DNA of 64,000 nt from Prevotella sp. GTDB taxonomy: Bacteria > Bacteroidota > Bacteroidia > Bacteroidales > Bacteroidaceae. The translations under genes and the position numbers were made by a program. Each line of letters begins with the position of its first letter. Position 1 is the stretch's first letter. The DNA is taken from the NCBI GenBank assembly GCA_050946435.1, contig JBMNUU010000008.1, positions 13,213 through 77,212 on the forward strand, read 5' to 3'. Under the pieces are notes generated by a model. The model did not search any database and was not told where the DNA came from. It saw only the letters and a program-made list of their open reading frames with translations. This document shows positions 21,101 through 28,994 of this stretch, piece by piece.

Positions 21101-21228
21101 TTCTTGTCTAATACCCGGCCGCTGACCAGTCGGGAGTTCTGTGCGTAGGATGTGGTTTGTATCGCAAAGATACAAAACAGCAATATACACAAGCGACCGA
21201 AAAGATAATTTGGATTTGGTTGTTGCAT
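18139..21228 (-). CDS. susC: SusC/RagA family TonB-dependent outer-membrane transporter
   Basis: Carboxypeptidase-regulatory-like N-domain (VSGRVLDKKGETLIGVSVSEKGN), plug (LDEVVVVGFGTQKKASVVGA, GIRGISS-type WIRGISSF) and a ~1000-aa barrel. Confidence 0.95.
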   Translation of the reverse strand: MQQPNPNYLFGRLCILLFCIFAIQTTSYAQNSRLVSGRVLDKKGETLIGVSVSEKGNESNTVITDVTGAYRITLTTDNPVLKFNYIGFKEKEVNVGADKIIDVALDEDVSALDEVVVVGFGTQKKASVVGAISNIKPKDLSMVPSRSMSNSLAGLTPGVIAVQRSGDPWYNNSDFWIRGISSFAGNTRPLVLIDGIERSLNDIDPEEIASFSVLKDAAASAVYGVRGANGVIMIETKRGEIGKPQVNVRFEHAFTQPTKMPEYVGSVKYLELMNDMYREEGKAPMVSDAVLENYRNHTDPELYPDVNWWDVVSKDYADNTRATLNISGGSKILRYALVASYFNENGILQRDKTKEWDSSLKVNRYTVRSNVDINVTSSTIVRINIGGYLQTRNSPPGDVTDRTIFYHSMRIPPYIHPAIYADGRIPRVQYKENPWAFSTQRGYRKLNHSSVQALTSIEQDLKFITPGLSARLSFSFDKFANNSVERAKNPDYYFPASGRDYDGNIITNIQSNGQEFLGYVKDAGWGTQSTYLEGMINYSRTFAKKHAVNAMLLYNQKNFDDGSYLPFRNQGFAGRMSYTYDDRYVAEFNFGYNGSENFAPGKRFGFFPAVALGWVVTEEPWMRSVSKTLSLLKLRASWGKAGNSNINGRRFAYISTIANTGYYYFGTEGQFYRLGRAEGEIGVPDLTWETVTKTNVGVDMGLFNGSVSMSFDIFKEWRKDIFMQRTNMPGSAGFNRAIWDNYGKVENSGIDFSINVNHQFNHDFQLTAMANFTYAHNKVTEIDEPEAMRGTYRSRTGKPVGQLFGLVAERLFDENDFDETGKLKEGIPSQKFSSETFLAPGDIKYKDMNGDGEITALDQTAIGGTVDPQIVYGFGATLRYKQVDFGFFFSGVGKTDRILGGETWLPASSIGAGNIWSNIDDRWTTSNPRQDVFWPRMNEFTTSNNEQASTWWLKDMSFLRLKNLEIGYTIPSNWSEKIAIRDCRIFLRGSNLLTFSKFDMWDPEIGSNDGLKYPMMKSLSVGITLNFNN

Positions 21229-21638
21229 AATATAGGTTTTTATGTTTAATTGTTGGTGTCTTTTGTCTGGTAGATCAAAAGGAACTTTTTTTGAAACGAT
21301 GAGCCGGCAACGGATGTACAGCGTTATGACGGTTGAAGGCCAATAGCCGAGGTATTGCCGCCCGCTCTTTTTCGTGTTTATTGATTAATATGTTGAGTTA
21401 TCGTATATTACTTTTATAATAACAGTGTTGTTGGTAACAATCGGTAATAAATACCTTTCGAGTTTTTATTGGGTTAGTATTCCTTTTCATTGGGTGGTAG
21501 CATATATGCCTCAACCGCTTGGGTATCAGCCTCTCCAATCACGGAGGAGCTTTTTGCCGATACCTCCTACTGCGCTCCTGCGAGTTATTGCATCAGCTTC
21601 TTCATCAACGAAGATGCTGATGCTTTTCCAGCTTGCAG

Positions 21639-22853
21639 TTAGGGTTGGAATTGGCTCTTGATGGTAGCGATGTTTACACCGAACAGCTTTTCCACAATGG
21701 GGTCGAGGACAGCTTCATCTGCCTGGATGTGGAAGATTTCCTGTTGATGCACCATCGATTCATTCGTACCCAATTCGGCACCCGGTGAAGAGGTCTCGAT
21801 TTCGTAGAACGGTCCCATAATGGAGCCGTCCTCCACAGGTCCATCGTTGTAAGAGTTCAACATATCGCCAGCGAAAGGATCGTCCTGCTTGCCCCATTGT
21901 CCGTTCAGGTAGGGACCCGGCTTTTCCGGAACGCTGCATCTCAAGATGGTAAGCACATTCTTTTCTGAGTCGTAACTGCAGCACATTCCTTTGGACCTGG
22001 CAGGCGGAATACCTAACTTGCTGCGCAGCTTACCGTCGATCTTGAAATATAACATGCCATCGCCTGTCTTCAAACGGTCGGCAGGAATCTTGCCAAAGTA
22101 TTCGTCGTTGACGATCTTCCCCTCAGCATCCTCGTTGTAAGGGATAAAGACAGTGGTCGTTGGGGTTGGATTAAAGTGGCCGAGCATCCAAATCGAGATC
22201 AGGCCCTTTTCCTTGGTCCATGCTTCCTTGCCTGTGTTGGTAATCTTGTTCAGACTTTCATAACCAACGATTTTGGCATCTTCGGGTATGGTGATGCCCA
22301 AACGTTGCTGCATAGCTGCTCTCGACAACAAGTTGATCGTTCGCTCTATATCCAGGTCGAACACTGTTCCTGAAGCATTCTTAACCGAGGTACTCTTTTT
22401 GAAACAAACCGAAGTGTCGTTTTTTGAGTCCACGTCATAGGCTTCGGTGTCAATCACGGCAGGAACATGCCAGTTGTCGTAGACCTGCTCCTTCCCGTTT
22501 TCAAAATACAGGGAGTATGGGCCGCCCTCCGGACCAAGCCAGAATCTTTCTTCGCCACCATAAGGGTTGAATTGATCGCTCGGCTGACCGGCTTCGATGA
22601 ATCGGTAGTTAATCCATCCGTAGCTGTCGCCTTCATCGCCCGATGCAGTTGACGTGACAACCCTACCCTGCCATTCGGGTGCTACCATTACTTTAGAATT
22701 ACCATCGTTGGATTTCAATTCGATGTATCCAACGTTGTGTTCCTTCAAGAACTGTGCATCATATTCGTAACTTCCCATCTTGGTATCTTTTTGCTCGCTG
22801 CACGCGGTCAATGCCAACAGGAGCGTGCTTGCAATTAATAGATGTTTGTTCAT
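21639..22853 (-). CDS. Hypothetical lipoprotein between fucI and susC (family not recognised; possibly a sugar-binding or mutarotase-like fold)
   Basis: Lipoprotein signal MNKHLLIASTLLLALTACSEQ at ATG 22851-22853 (the ORF track extends to 22892). It starts 63 nt downstream of the fucI stop. It has a conserved-looking GGEERFWLGPEGGPYSLYF. Confidence 0.7.
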   Translation of the reverse strand: MNKHLLIASTLLLALTACSEQKDTKMGSYEYDAQFLKEHNVGYIELKSNDGNSKVMVAPEWQGRVVTSTASGDEGDSYGWINYRFIEAGQPSDQFNPYGGEERFWLGPEGGPYSLYFENGKEQVYDNWHVPAVIDTEAYDVDSKNDTSVCFKKSTSVKNASGTVFDLDIERTINLLSRAAMQQRLGITIPEDAKIVGYESLNKITNTGKEAWTKEKGLISIWMLGHFNPTPTTTVFIPYNEDAEGKIVNDEYFGKIPADRLKTGDGMLYFKIDGKLRSKLGIPPARSKGMCCSYDSEKNVLTILRCSVPEKPGPYLNGQWGKQDDPFAGDMLNSYNDGPVEDGSIMGPFYEIETSSPGAELGTNESMVHQQEIFHIQADEAVLDPIVEKLFGVNIATIKSQFQP

Positions 22854-22915
22854 TTTTCTGTTGTTTTTAGTTTGCGAGGGGCAGTCAGGCAAGTCCGCCC
22901 CTCAGGCATATCTGA

Positions 22916-24703
22916 TTATTTGTACAGTGGTCCATAGTTTTTGCACGCCCGGAAGTCGCTGCCTTCCAAATCACTGCCAAATGCTGCCCAGGCGCTCGGA
23001 CGGAAGATTTGAGACTCGGGTATATTGTGCATACAAACTGGGATGCGAAGCATCGATGCCAGTGTGATCAGGTCGGCTCCAATGTGGCCGTAGCTGATGG
23101 CACCGTGGTTAGCTCCCCAATTATTCATCACGGAATAGACATCTCTGAAACATCCCTTGCCGGTAAGGCGCGGGGCGAAGAACGTGGATGGCCAAATGGC
23201 ATCTGTGCGGTTGTTGATAATCTCAAAGGCTTCTTGCTCTAATTCTACGCTCCAGCCTTCAGCAATCTGCATCACGGGACCCTGCCCTTTGATGAGATTC
23301 AAGCGACACATGGTGACAGGCATCCCACCTTTGGTTTGGAACTGGCATGAGTAGCCTCCGCCACGCATATAACTGCGATCTGACGGATACCATTTGGTTG
23401 CTTTCAAACAGGCGTCTACTTCCTCCTCCTTGATGTCCCAGAAAGGTTTCATAACTGGTTTCCCATTTTCAGACTGTCGGCCGGAGCCGTCGAGCGTACA
23501 CGAACCGGAGTTGATGAGGTGGATAAAGCCATTGGCTCCATACCCGTCGAGTTCCTGCCCCGTTACGCGCTTATAGGCAGACGGACTCCAATAGGTTCTC
23601 ACATCTGCGAAGATTTGCGGACGGTTGCTCACCAGTTTATTGAGCAGCATGGCAGCGCCGTTCAGTGTGTCGTTTTCGGTAGCAAAGGTGAATGCTTCCC
23701 GAATGCCGTTCCAATCGAACGAACTGTTTAAGATGGCCTCCGCGAAATCGCCGTCGGGCTTAAAGTCGGTCCACTGGCGTTGTCCCTGGAAACCTCCCGC
23801 AATAGCGTAGTGGCCGTTGGCTTCTTCCTTGAAACCCATCTCGGCGAGTTTGGGATTCCCGATCATCAAGTCACGGAAGATAATCGTCATCTTCACCACA
23901 TATTTCCATACCTCGTCTTTCTCTTCACGACTAAACACCAGATGTTCCGGGTTGTGGTCATCGCCCTCGTTCACCTTACAGTGTTTTTCCGTCCAGGCCA
24001 TGGCTTTATCATATTCTTCGTGGTCGTAGATGCCCAATCTCACGCGACGCTCTATCTCACTGGCATCCACATACTCATTGCGCATACCGAGATATTCCTG
24101 GAAAAATTCAGGATTGGGAATGGAGCCGCCGATACCCATCGACACACTTCCTATAGAAAGGTAGGACTTCCCTCGCATGGCGGCTACGGCCAGACCGGCC
24201 TTGGCAAAACGCAGGAGTTTCTCCTTGACATCTTCGGGAATTTCCTTACTGTCTACATCCTGAACGTCTCGACCATAAATGCCAAAGGTGGGTAAGCCTT
24301 TCTGATTGTGCACGGCCAACGCTGCGGCCAGATACACGGCACCGGGACGTTCTGTACCGTTGAATCCCCAAATGGCACGCGGCAGGTCGCCGTCCATGTT
24401 GATGGTCTCAAATCCGTAGCACCAGCACGGCGTTACGGAGAGCACAACGCCCACACCGCTATTTCTGAATTTCTCGTCGCATCGTGCAGCTTCTGCCACA
24501 CCGCCTATGGTTGTGTCGGCAATGACACATTCCACTGGATCGCCATTGCTATAGCGAAGTTCCGAGTGGTATAAATCGGCTACGCGCTTGGCCATACCCA
24601 TAGTCATGTCTTCCAACGATTCACGAATGCCTCCGCGCCGGCCATCGATAATTGGACGAATACCTATTTTGGGATTTTCCCCACCTAATCTTGTTTTTCC
24701 CAT
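22916..24703 (-). CDS. fucI: L-fucose isomerase (also D-arabinose isomerase in characterised homologues)
   Basis: 595 aa. The N-terminus [29 protein letters not shown] aligns closely with E. coli FucI as I remember it ([29 protein letters not shown]). Length matches the ~590-aa FucI class. Confidence 0.93.
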   Translation of the reverse strand: MGKTRLGGENPKIGIRPIIDGRRGGIRESLEDMTMGMAKRVADLYHSELRYSNGDPVECVIADTTIGGVAEAARCDEKFRNSGVGVVLSVTPCWCYGFETINMDGDLPRAIWGFNGTERPGAVYLAAALAVHNQKGLPTFGIYGRDVQDVDSKEIPEDVKEKLLRFAKAGLAVAAMRGKSYLSIGSVSMGIGGSIPNPEFFQEYLGMRNEYVDASEIERRVRLGIYDHEEYDKAMAWTEKHCKVNEGDDHNPEHLVFSREEKDEVWKYVVKMTIIFRDLMIGNPKLAEMGFKEEANGHYAIAGGFQGQRQWTDFKPDGDFAEAILNSSFDWNGIREAFTFATENDTLNGAAMLLNKLVSNRPQIFADVRTYWSPSAYKRVTGQELDGYGANGFIHLINSGSCTLDGSGRQSENGKPVMKPFWDIKEEEVDACLKATKWYPSDRSYMRGGGYSCQFQTKGGMPVTMCRLNLIKGQGPVMQIAEGWSVELEQEAFEIINNRTDAIWPSTFFAPRLTGKGCFRDVYSVMNNWGANHGAISYGHIGADLITLASMLRIPVCMHNIPESQIFRPSAWAAFGSDLEGSDFRACKNYGPLYK

Positions 24704-24852
24704 AATCTTGTTATATTTTTTGTTTAAATATGTAGCTGAATCATTTTAGCTTTTAGTGAACTGCAGTCTAATCCTGCTTTACACTCTTTTTGCCACTATG
24801 TTGTTGTTGATGTTTACGAGATTTGATACCGTTGTGCTAACATAAAATAGAT

Positions 24853-25086
24853 TTAAAGACGCCAGAGCATAGAAGGCCGGGGAACTGAGTGCACATCGTG
24901 CAAACGCTGTGCTGCAAAATTAAGTTTGTCCCACATTCCTGCGACACTGTCGATCAATTCCTTCGTTTTGGCCATGCTCATACGGTATTCGGTAGCCTTT
25001 ACGTTCAGCACGAACGACACTAAAGCTATAGAAGCTCCAGTTGCCTGGATGATATTCGTAAAAAATGTCCTTCTCAGTAGAGTCAT
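24853..25086 (-). CDS. Possible small protein with a twin-arginine-like signal (hypothetical; weak)
   Basis: 77 aa with ATG at 25084-25086. The N-terminus MTLLRRTFFTNIIQATGASIALVSFVLNVKA resembles a Tat signal (RRxFF, hydrophobic stretch, VKA). It is 150 nt upstream of fucI on the same strand. There is no other support. Confidence 0.3.
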   Translation of the reverse strand: MTLLRRTFFTNIIQATGASIALVSFVLNVKATEYRMSMAKTKELIDSVAGMWDKLNFAAQRLHDVHSVPRPSMLWRL

Positions 25087-25352
25087 GCTGTAACGTTTTA
25101 GTTGCGTTATGCAAATTTATAGTTGAATAGATTGCCACAAATCTACAAAAATAATTTAAAAGCATAGAGATATTGCATGACTTTCCCTTGAATTTTAAAC
25201 TATATTAACAACTACGTGTTTGGAGTGGATTCTCACATTGCTGCAATCTCAATGTTTGCAGAGAGGTATTAGAATAGCACTGTAAGGTTTTAGAACAATG
25301 ATGAGGATTGATGCCGGGGTACTTTCTTCCCTTGCCACCGTTACTATCTTAT

Positions 25353-25440
25353 GGCGTTGCGGTTAAGCCTTAGCGGCGTTGCGGTTGAGCCTTAGCGGCA
25401 TCGCGGTTGAGCCTCAACGGTGGTGCCGTTAAGGCCCAAC
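25353..25440. repeat. 4 x 22-bp tandem repeat carrying the GCGGTTAAGCC submotif (related to the family D core)
   Basis: Units at 25353, 25375, 25397 and 25419: ggcgttgcggttaagccttagc / ggcgttgcggttgagccttagc / ggcatcgcggttgagcctcaac / ggtggtgccgttaaggcccaac. Confidence 0.85.
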
Positions 25441-25535
25441 CGCAATGGGGTGTCTCTTTCGCGAATTTTTCGTGCGATTTTCATGTGAAAATTTGCGCAC
25501 TCTGTAAGGATAGACGGCTCACGTACTTGCTAATC

Positions 25536-25625
25536 GTCTGACCTGTCCGACCTGTCCGACCTGTCTGACCTGTCTGACCTGTCTGACAAGTCCGACTGGC
25601 CCGACTGGCCCGACTGGTCCGATTA
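25536..25625. repeat. Tandem 9-bp repeat array (10 units, GTCYGACNN)
   Basis: gtctgacct gtccgacct gtccgacct gtctgacct gtctgacct gtctgacaa gtccgactg gcccgactg gcccgactg gtccgatta. A gtgcgtcccctacaaat box follows at ~25658-25675. Confidence 0.9.
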
Positions 25626-25729
25626 ATCAAACTATTACAATAAGGGGACACACAACTCGTGCGTCCCCTACAAATTTGCAATATTGGGAAGGACCATTTG
25701 GTCTTTGCTCCCTCTCCTTCAACAAGGCC

Positions 25730-27205
25730 TTATTTCATCATCTTGGCATTGCCCACACAACTGTTGGGCATCTGGATGTGGAGCATGGCACAGATGGTGG
25801 GAGCAATATCGGTCATATTGGTAGGCTCCGACGTCTCGCCGTGATTGACATGCCATCCATAGAGGATGAACGGAATGTGAGCGTCATAGGGATTCCACTC
25901 TCCATGTGTTGTGCCGATATAGCTGGGTTTGTTGCTCACATTTTCCCATCCGGCCTTGGGCACATAGAAGAGGTCGCCGCTGCGCTTCTTGTTGTATCCG
26001 TTGACGATACGCTCACGGATAGGTTGGGGAATGGCGGTGGTGAGTACCTTCTCGTAGTCCACCACATACAGGATTTCGTCGCGCTTCTCAATCTCGGCAA
26101 TTACTGCCTGCTTCACCTCGTCGAGCGTCTTGCCGCTTCGGCTTATCAATTCATGGTCGAGATACAAGCGACCGGCATTCTCGTCCTTGATCAGTTTGCC
26201 CGAAATGCCCAACTCCTGAGCCACACGACTGTCTACGCCGCCCAGCCACGACTTCATCTCTACGCCGCCGGCAGGAATTTTGTGAGCCTTCATCTCGTTG
26301 GGATTATGGGCAGCACCATGATCGGCCGAGAGAAACAGCAGATAATTGCCTCGCCCCACTTTCTCGTCGAGCAATTTGAAAAACGATGCCAAATGCTTGT
26401 CGAGCTCCATATAGGTCTCGCGTGTAAGTTTATGGCGTGTGCCGTATTGATGGCCAACGGCATCGGTAGACGAAATACTCACGGCCAGCAGGTCAGTAAT
26501 ATCGTCCTGCCCCATGCCCTCATTCACCAGAGCGGCCTCAGCCATCTGAAACGTCTTGCCGACACCCTCCGGCGAAGCTTTCACCTCGGTGCCGGGCTTG
26601 GTGCCAATTTTCTTGTTCACCTGCTCTGCCCAATTGGGGAGTTGCTTCATATAATAGGTGGACGACACAAAACGGCCTGCAGAGGTGTCCCACCAATAGG
26701 CAGCATCGGCGGCATGGCCGGCAGGAAGGATGGCGGCACGGTCTTTCAGCGCCACGCCCACAACTTTGGCCTTGTAATCCGTATGAATCTTCAGCACATC
26801 GCCCAAGCCCGAAGCCAACAGGTTGTGGGGAGACATCTGCCCCTCCCTGCTGTTAGAACCTACGCTCTGCACCGTGGCATCTGTGCAACAATACACCCGT
26901 TTGCCATCCAAATAGAAATCGTTACCGGCAATGCCGTGAAGAGCAGGCACCGAACCGGTATAGATGCTGGTGTGTCCCACTGCCGTCACGGTGGGCACAT
27001 AGTTGATCATCGTGTTTTCAAAACTATAACCCTCGTCAACGAGACGACGAAGCCCATCGGGACGGAACTGGTCGTAGAAATAATACAGGTAGTCCCAACG
27101 CATCTGGTCTACTACAAGTCCCACCACGAGTTTAGGGCGGCTAATTTCGGCCATGCCGGGAATAGCAAGCATGGCAGCCACGAGAATAGAGAGAATCTTT
27201 TTCAT
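25730..27205 (-). CDS. Alkaline phosphatase superfamily enzyme, PafA/NPP-like phosphatase or phosphodiesterase
   Basis: Signal peptide MKKILSILVAAMLAIPGMA, metal-site Asp context VVDQMRWDYL, nucleophile-Thr motif PTVTAVGHTSIYTG, and later SADHGAAH and GTTHGEW metal ligands. Confidence 0.85.
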   Translation of the reverse strand: MKKILSILVAAMLAIPGMAEISRPKLVVGLVVDQMRWDYLYYFYDQFRPDGLRRLVDEGYSFENTMINYVPTVTAVGHTSIYTGSVPALHGIAGNDFYLDGKRVYCCTDATVQSVGSNSREGQMSPHNLLASGLGDVLKIHTDYKAKVVGVALKDRAAILPAGHAADAAYWWDTSAGRFVSSTYYMKQLPNWAEQVNKKIGTKPGTEVKASPEGVGKTFQMAEAALVNEGMGQDDITDLLAVSISSTDAVGHQYGTRHKLTRETYMELDKHLASFFKLLDEKVGRGNYLLFLSADHGAAHNPNEMKAHKIPAGGVEMKSWLGGVDSRVAQELGISGKLIKDENAGRLYLDHELISRSGKTLDEVKQAVIAEIEKRDEILYVVDYEKVLTTAIPQPIRERIVNGYNKKRSGDLFYVPKAGWENVSNKPSYIGTTHGEWNPYDAHIPFILYGWHVNHGETSEPTNMTDIAPTICAMLHIQMPNSCVGNAKMMK

Positions 27206-27350
27206 GTTATTCCGTTTAACTTAATATGGGCAATGGCCATGCACTGGCCCCGCCCTGAATGTAATTATTATCTTCTGTTTTGCAAAAGTACAATTTTCCG
27301 TATGAACGGCAAGCGAGAATATGTTATAATATGATGACAATTTTGGAAAT

Positions 27351-27390
27351 AAAAAAAATCGTCCCGGGGAATTACCGCCGGGACGATTTC
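27351..27390 (-). terminator. Rho-independent terminator after the beta-helix lipoprotein gene
   Basis: 10-bp stem ATCGTCCCGG (27358-27367) / CCGGGACGAT (27378-27387) with a 10-nt loop. On the minus strand the hairpin is followed by an 8-T run (the A8 at 27351-27358). It lies 20 nt after the stop at 27410. Confidence 0.75.
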
Positions 27391-27409
27391 TTAATATTTA
27401 TAAACAAAG

Positions 27410-28981
27410 TTACTTAATCCATCGGGGGTCGCCGACGCCTCGCTGCAACAGCAGGGCATTGTCTACGGTGAAGTCTCCATTGTCGGCATCGGCAAACTGC
27501 GGGTCGAGCGTTGTGGCGTCGTCATCGTACACCTTAGCACTGCTTACAGTGGATGTGGCGGAGGAAAGGTTGGGGCAGTCCACATTGTTGTTGCCACTTA
27601 TCGTCGTCACGTTGGTACTCGACTGGTTGGTCACAATGCCCTTGGTATCCACCACGATATTGTTGGTCCAGATACACGTGTTGTCTGCATAGCGCACGTA
27701 GAGCAGACGGCGGGATTCGGTATTGGCAATGCCCACCAACGTGTTGTGATCCACGGTGATGACCGGAGCCGGCGCACCGGGATAGTCTGATGCTTTGTTG
27801 TCGTAGCGCACGAAATCTCGAGCCGCATCGGCCTTCCACACGGTGTTGTTGCTAAATGTGAGCGCAGCAATATAACCCTTGCGAATGTCGAGGAAGTCGG
27901 CACCACTACCCATATCGTGAATCAGACAGTTATTGAATACCATCGAAGTCACCTTGGCACCGGTGGTGTTGTTATACATCAACCCCTTGCTGTAGTTGGT
28001 AATCTCGCAATCGTCGATGTCGTAGTCTCCATAGTCGGCTGCCTCCTTGAAGTCAATCATGTAGCCCACAGCGCCATCGCCGTTGAGCACGAGTTGCTTC
28101 AGGTTGAGCGTGCCACCCTTTGGCGTGAATCCGCCCTTGATAACGGCACGGTCGTAAGAACGCAGCGACTTGATGGTCACATTCTTGGTAATGTTGAGTG
28201 AGGTTGCAGAACCGTCATCCGACAGCACCTCATACGTGCCCGGCATCAGGGCCAGCGTTGCACCGTCTTCGGCATTCTCGATGACGTCTTTCAGGTCATC
28301 GCCGACATTAACCAGAATAGCCCCGTTGAGGTCGATGGCTGTGGTGAATGTAAGGCCGCCGCGCTTCTTCGAGCCATTGTAGATGTTGGCCGTATATTCT
28401 GTTTCGGGCTCCAATCCCGTCACCGTGAACGTTCCGGCTGCAATCTGCTCGGCTGTGAGTGTATAGGTCTGACCGTTGCACTTCACTGTGGTGACCTTGG
28501 CGTTGGCCGGCCAGTGCAGCGTGACGCTGGTGGCTGTCAGGTCGTTAGCCTCATCGAGCGGCTCAAGAATTTGCTCGCTCTTGGTCTTGAAATGACCGTC
28601 GAGGCGTGCCCAGTTGGACTCCGTCATCCCTTCTCTTATTGATTTGATGCGGAGAAAATAGGTCGTGTCGCTCTCCAGGTCATCAATATAAATCGGACTT
28701 TTCGTAATCTTGGTGTCCTCGCCGAAAGTCAGCACCCCTTCATCGAAAAGCGAGTCGTTGCTCACCTGAATGATGTAGTTTTCGGCGTCCTTCACTGTTG
28801 TGAACGTCACCTCTGCCCCTGTGGCATCGGGTTTCACGGCTATCTCGCTCTCGTTGGGGCCAAACAACCGGTCGTATGCGCTCTCCACGCTCCAGTCGTT
28901 GTCATCGGTGCAAGAAACGAGGACGATTGCCCCCATACACACCATGACAGCCTTATTTATGATGTTTTCAAATAATTTCAT
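27410..28981 (-). CDS. PUL-encoded surface lipoprotein with FN3-like N-terminal domains and a right-handed beta-helix-like C-terminal region (DUF4957/DUF5123-like)
   Basis: Lipoprotein signal MKLFENIINKAVMVCMGAIVLVSC at ATG 28979-28981 (the ORF track extends to 29131). It starts 14 nt after the SusD stop. The C-terminal part is rich in short N/G/T/V repeats typical of parallel beta-helices. Confidence 0.7.
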   Translation of the reverse strand: MKLFENIINKAVMVCMGAIVLVSCTDDNDWSVESAYDRLFGPNESEIAVKPDATGAEVTFTTVKDAENYIIQVSNDSLFDEGVLTFGEDTKITKSPIYIDDLESDTTYFLRIKSIREGMTESNWARLDGHFKTKSEQILEPLDEANDLTATSVTLHWPANAKVTTVKCNGQTYTLTAEQIAAGTFTVTGLEPETEYTANIYNGSKKRGGLTFTTAIDLNGAILVNVGDDLKDVIENAEDGATLALMPGTYEVLSDDGSATSLNITKNVTIKSLRSYDRAVIKGGFTPKGGTLNLKQLVLNGDGAVGYMIDFKEAADYGDYDIDDCEITNYSKGLMYNNTTGAKVTSMVFNNCLIHDMGSGADFLDIRKGYIAALTFSNNTVWKADAARDFVRYDNKASDYPGAPAPVITVDHNTLVGIANTESRRLLYVRYADNTCIWTNNIVVDTKGIVTNQSSTNVTTISGNNNVDCPNLSSATSTVSSAKVYDDDATTLDPQFADADNGDFTVDNALLLQRGVGDPRWIK

Positions 28982-28994
28982 TGTTACTGTTTTC

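Noticed and set aside
21229-21638. The 410-bp gap upstream of susC as a riboswitch or leader RNA. It includes the hairpin gcatcagc...gctgatgc at 21590-21623.
   Set aside because: I recognise no known riboswitch core. The hairpin has its T-run on the wrong strand to terminate the upstream minus-strand gene. The evidence is too weak to report as a feature.
25481-25681. ORFs with GQT/RTG/SDL tripeptide repeats (also 45512..45763, 45568..45822 and 49029..49232), which could be read as collagen-like or repeat proteins
   Set aside because: They are produced by the 9-bp tandem arrays, which stay in frame on both strands. The same arrays occur in both orientations inside a non-coding composite repeat, with no consistent start or flanking coding sequence.
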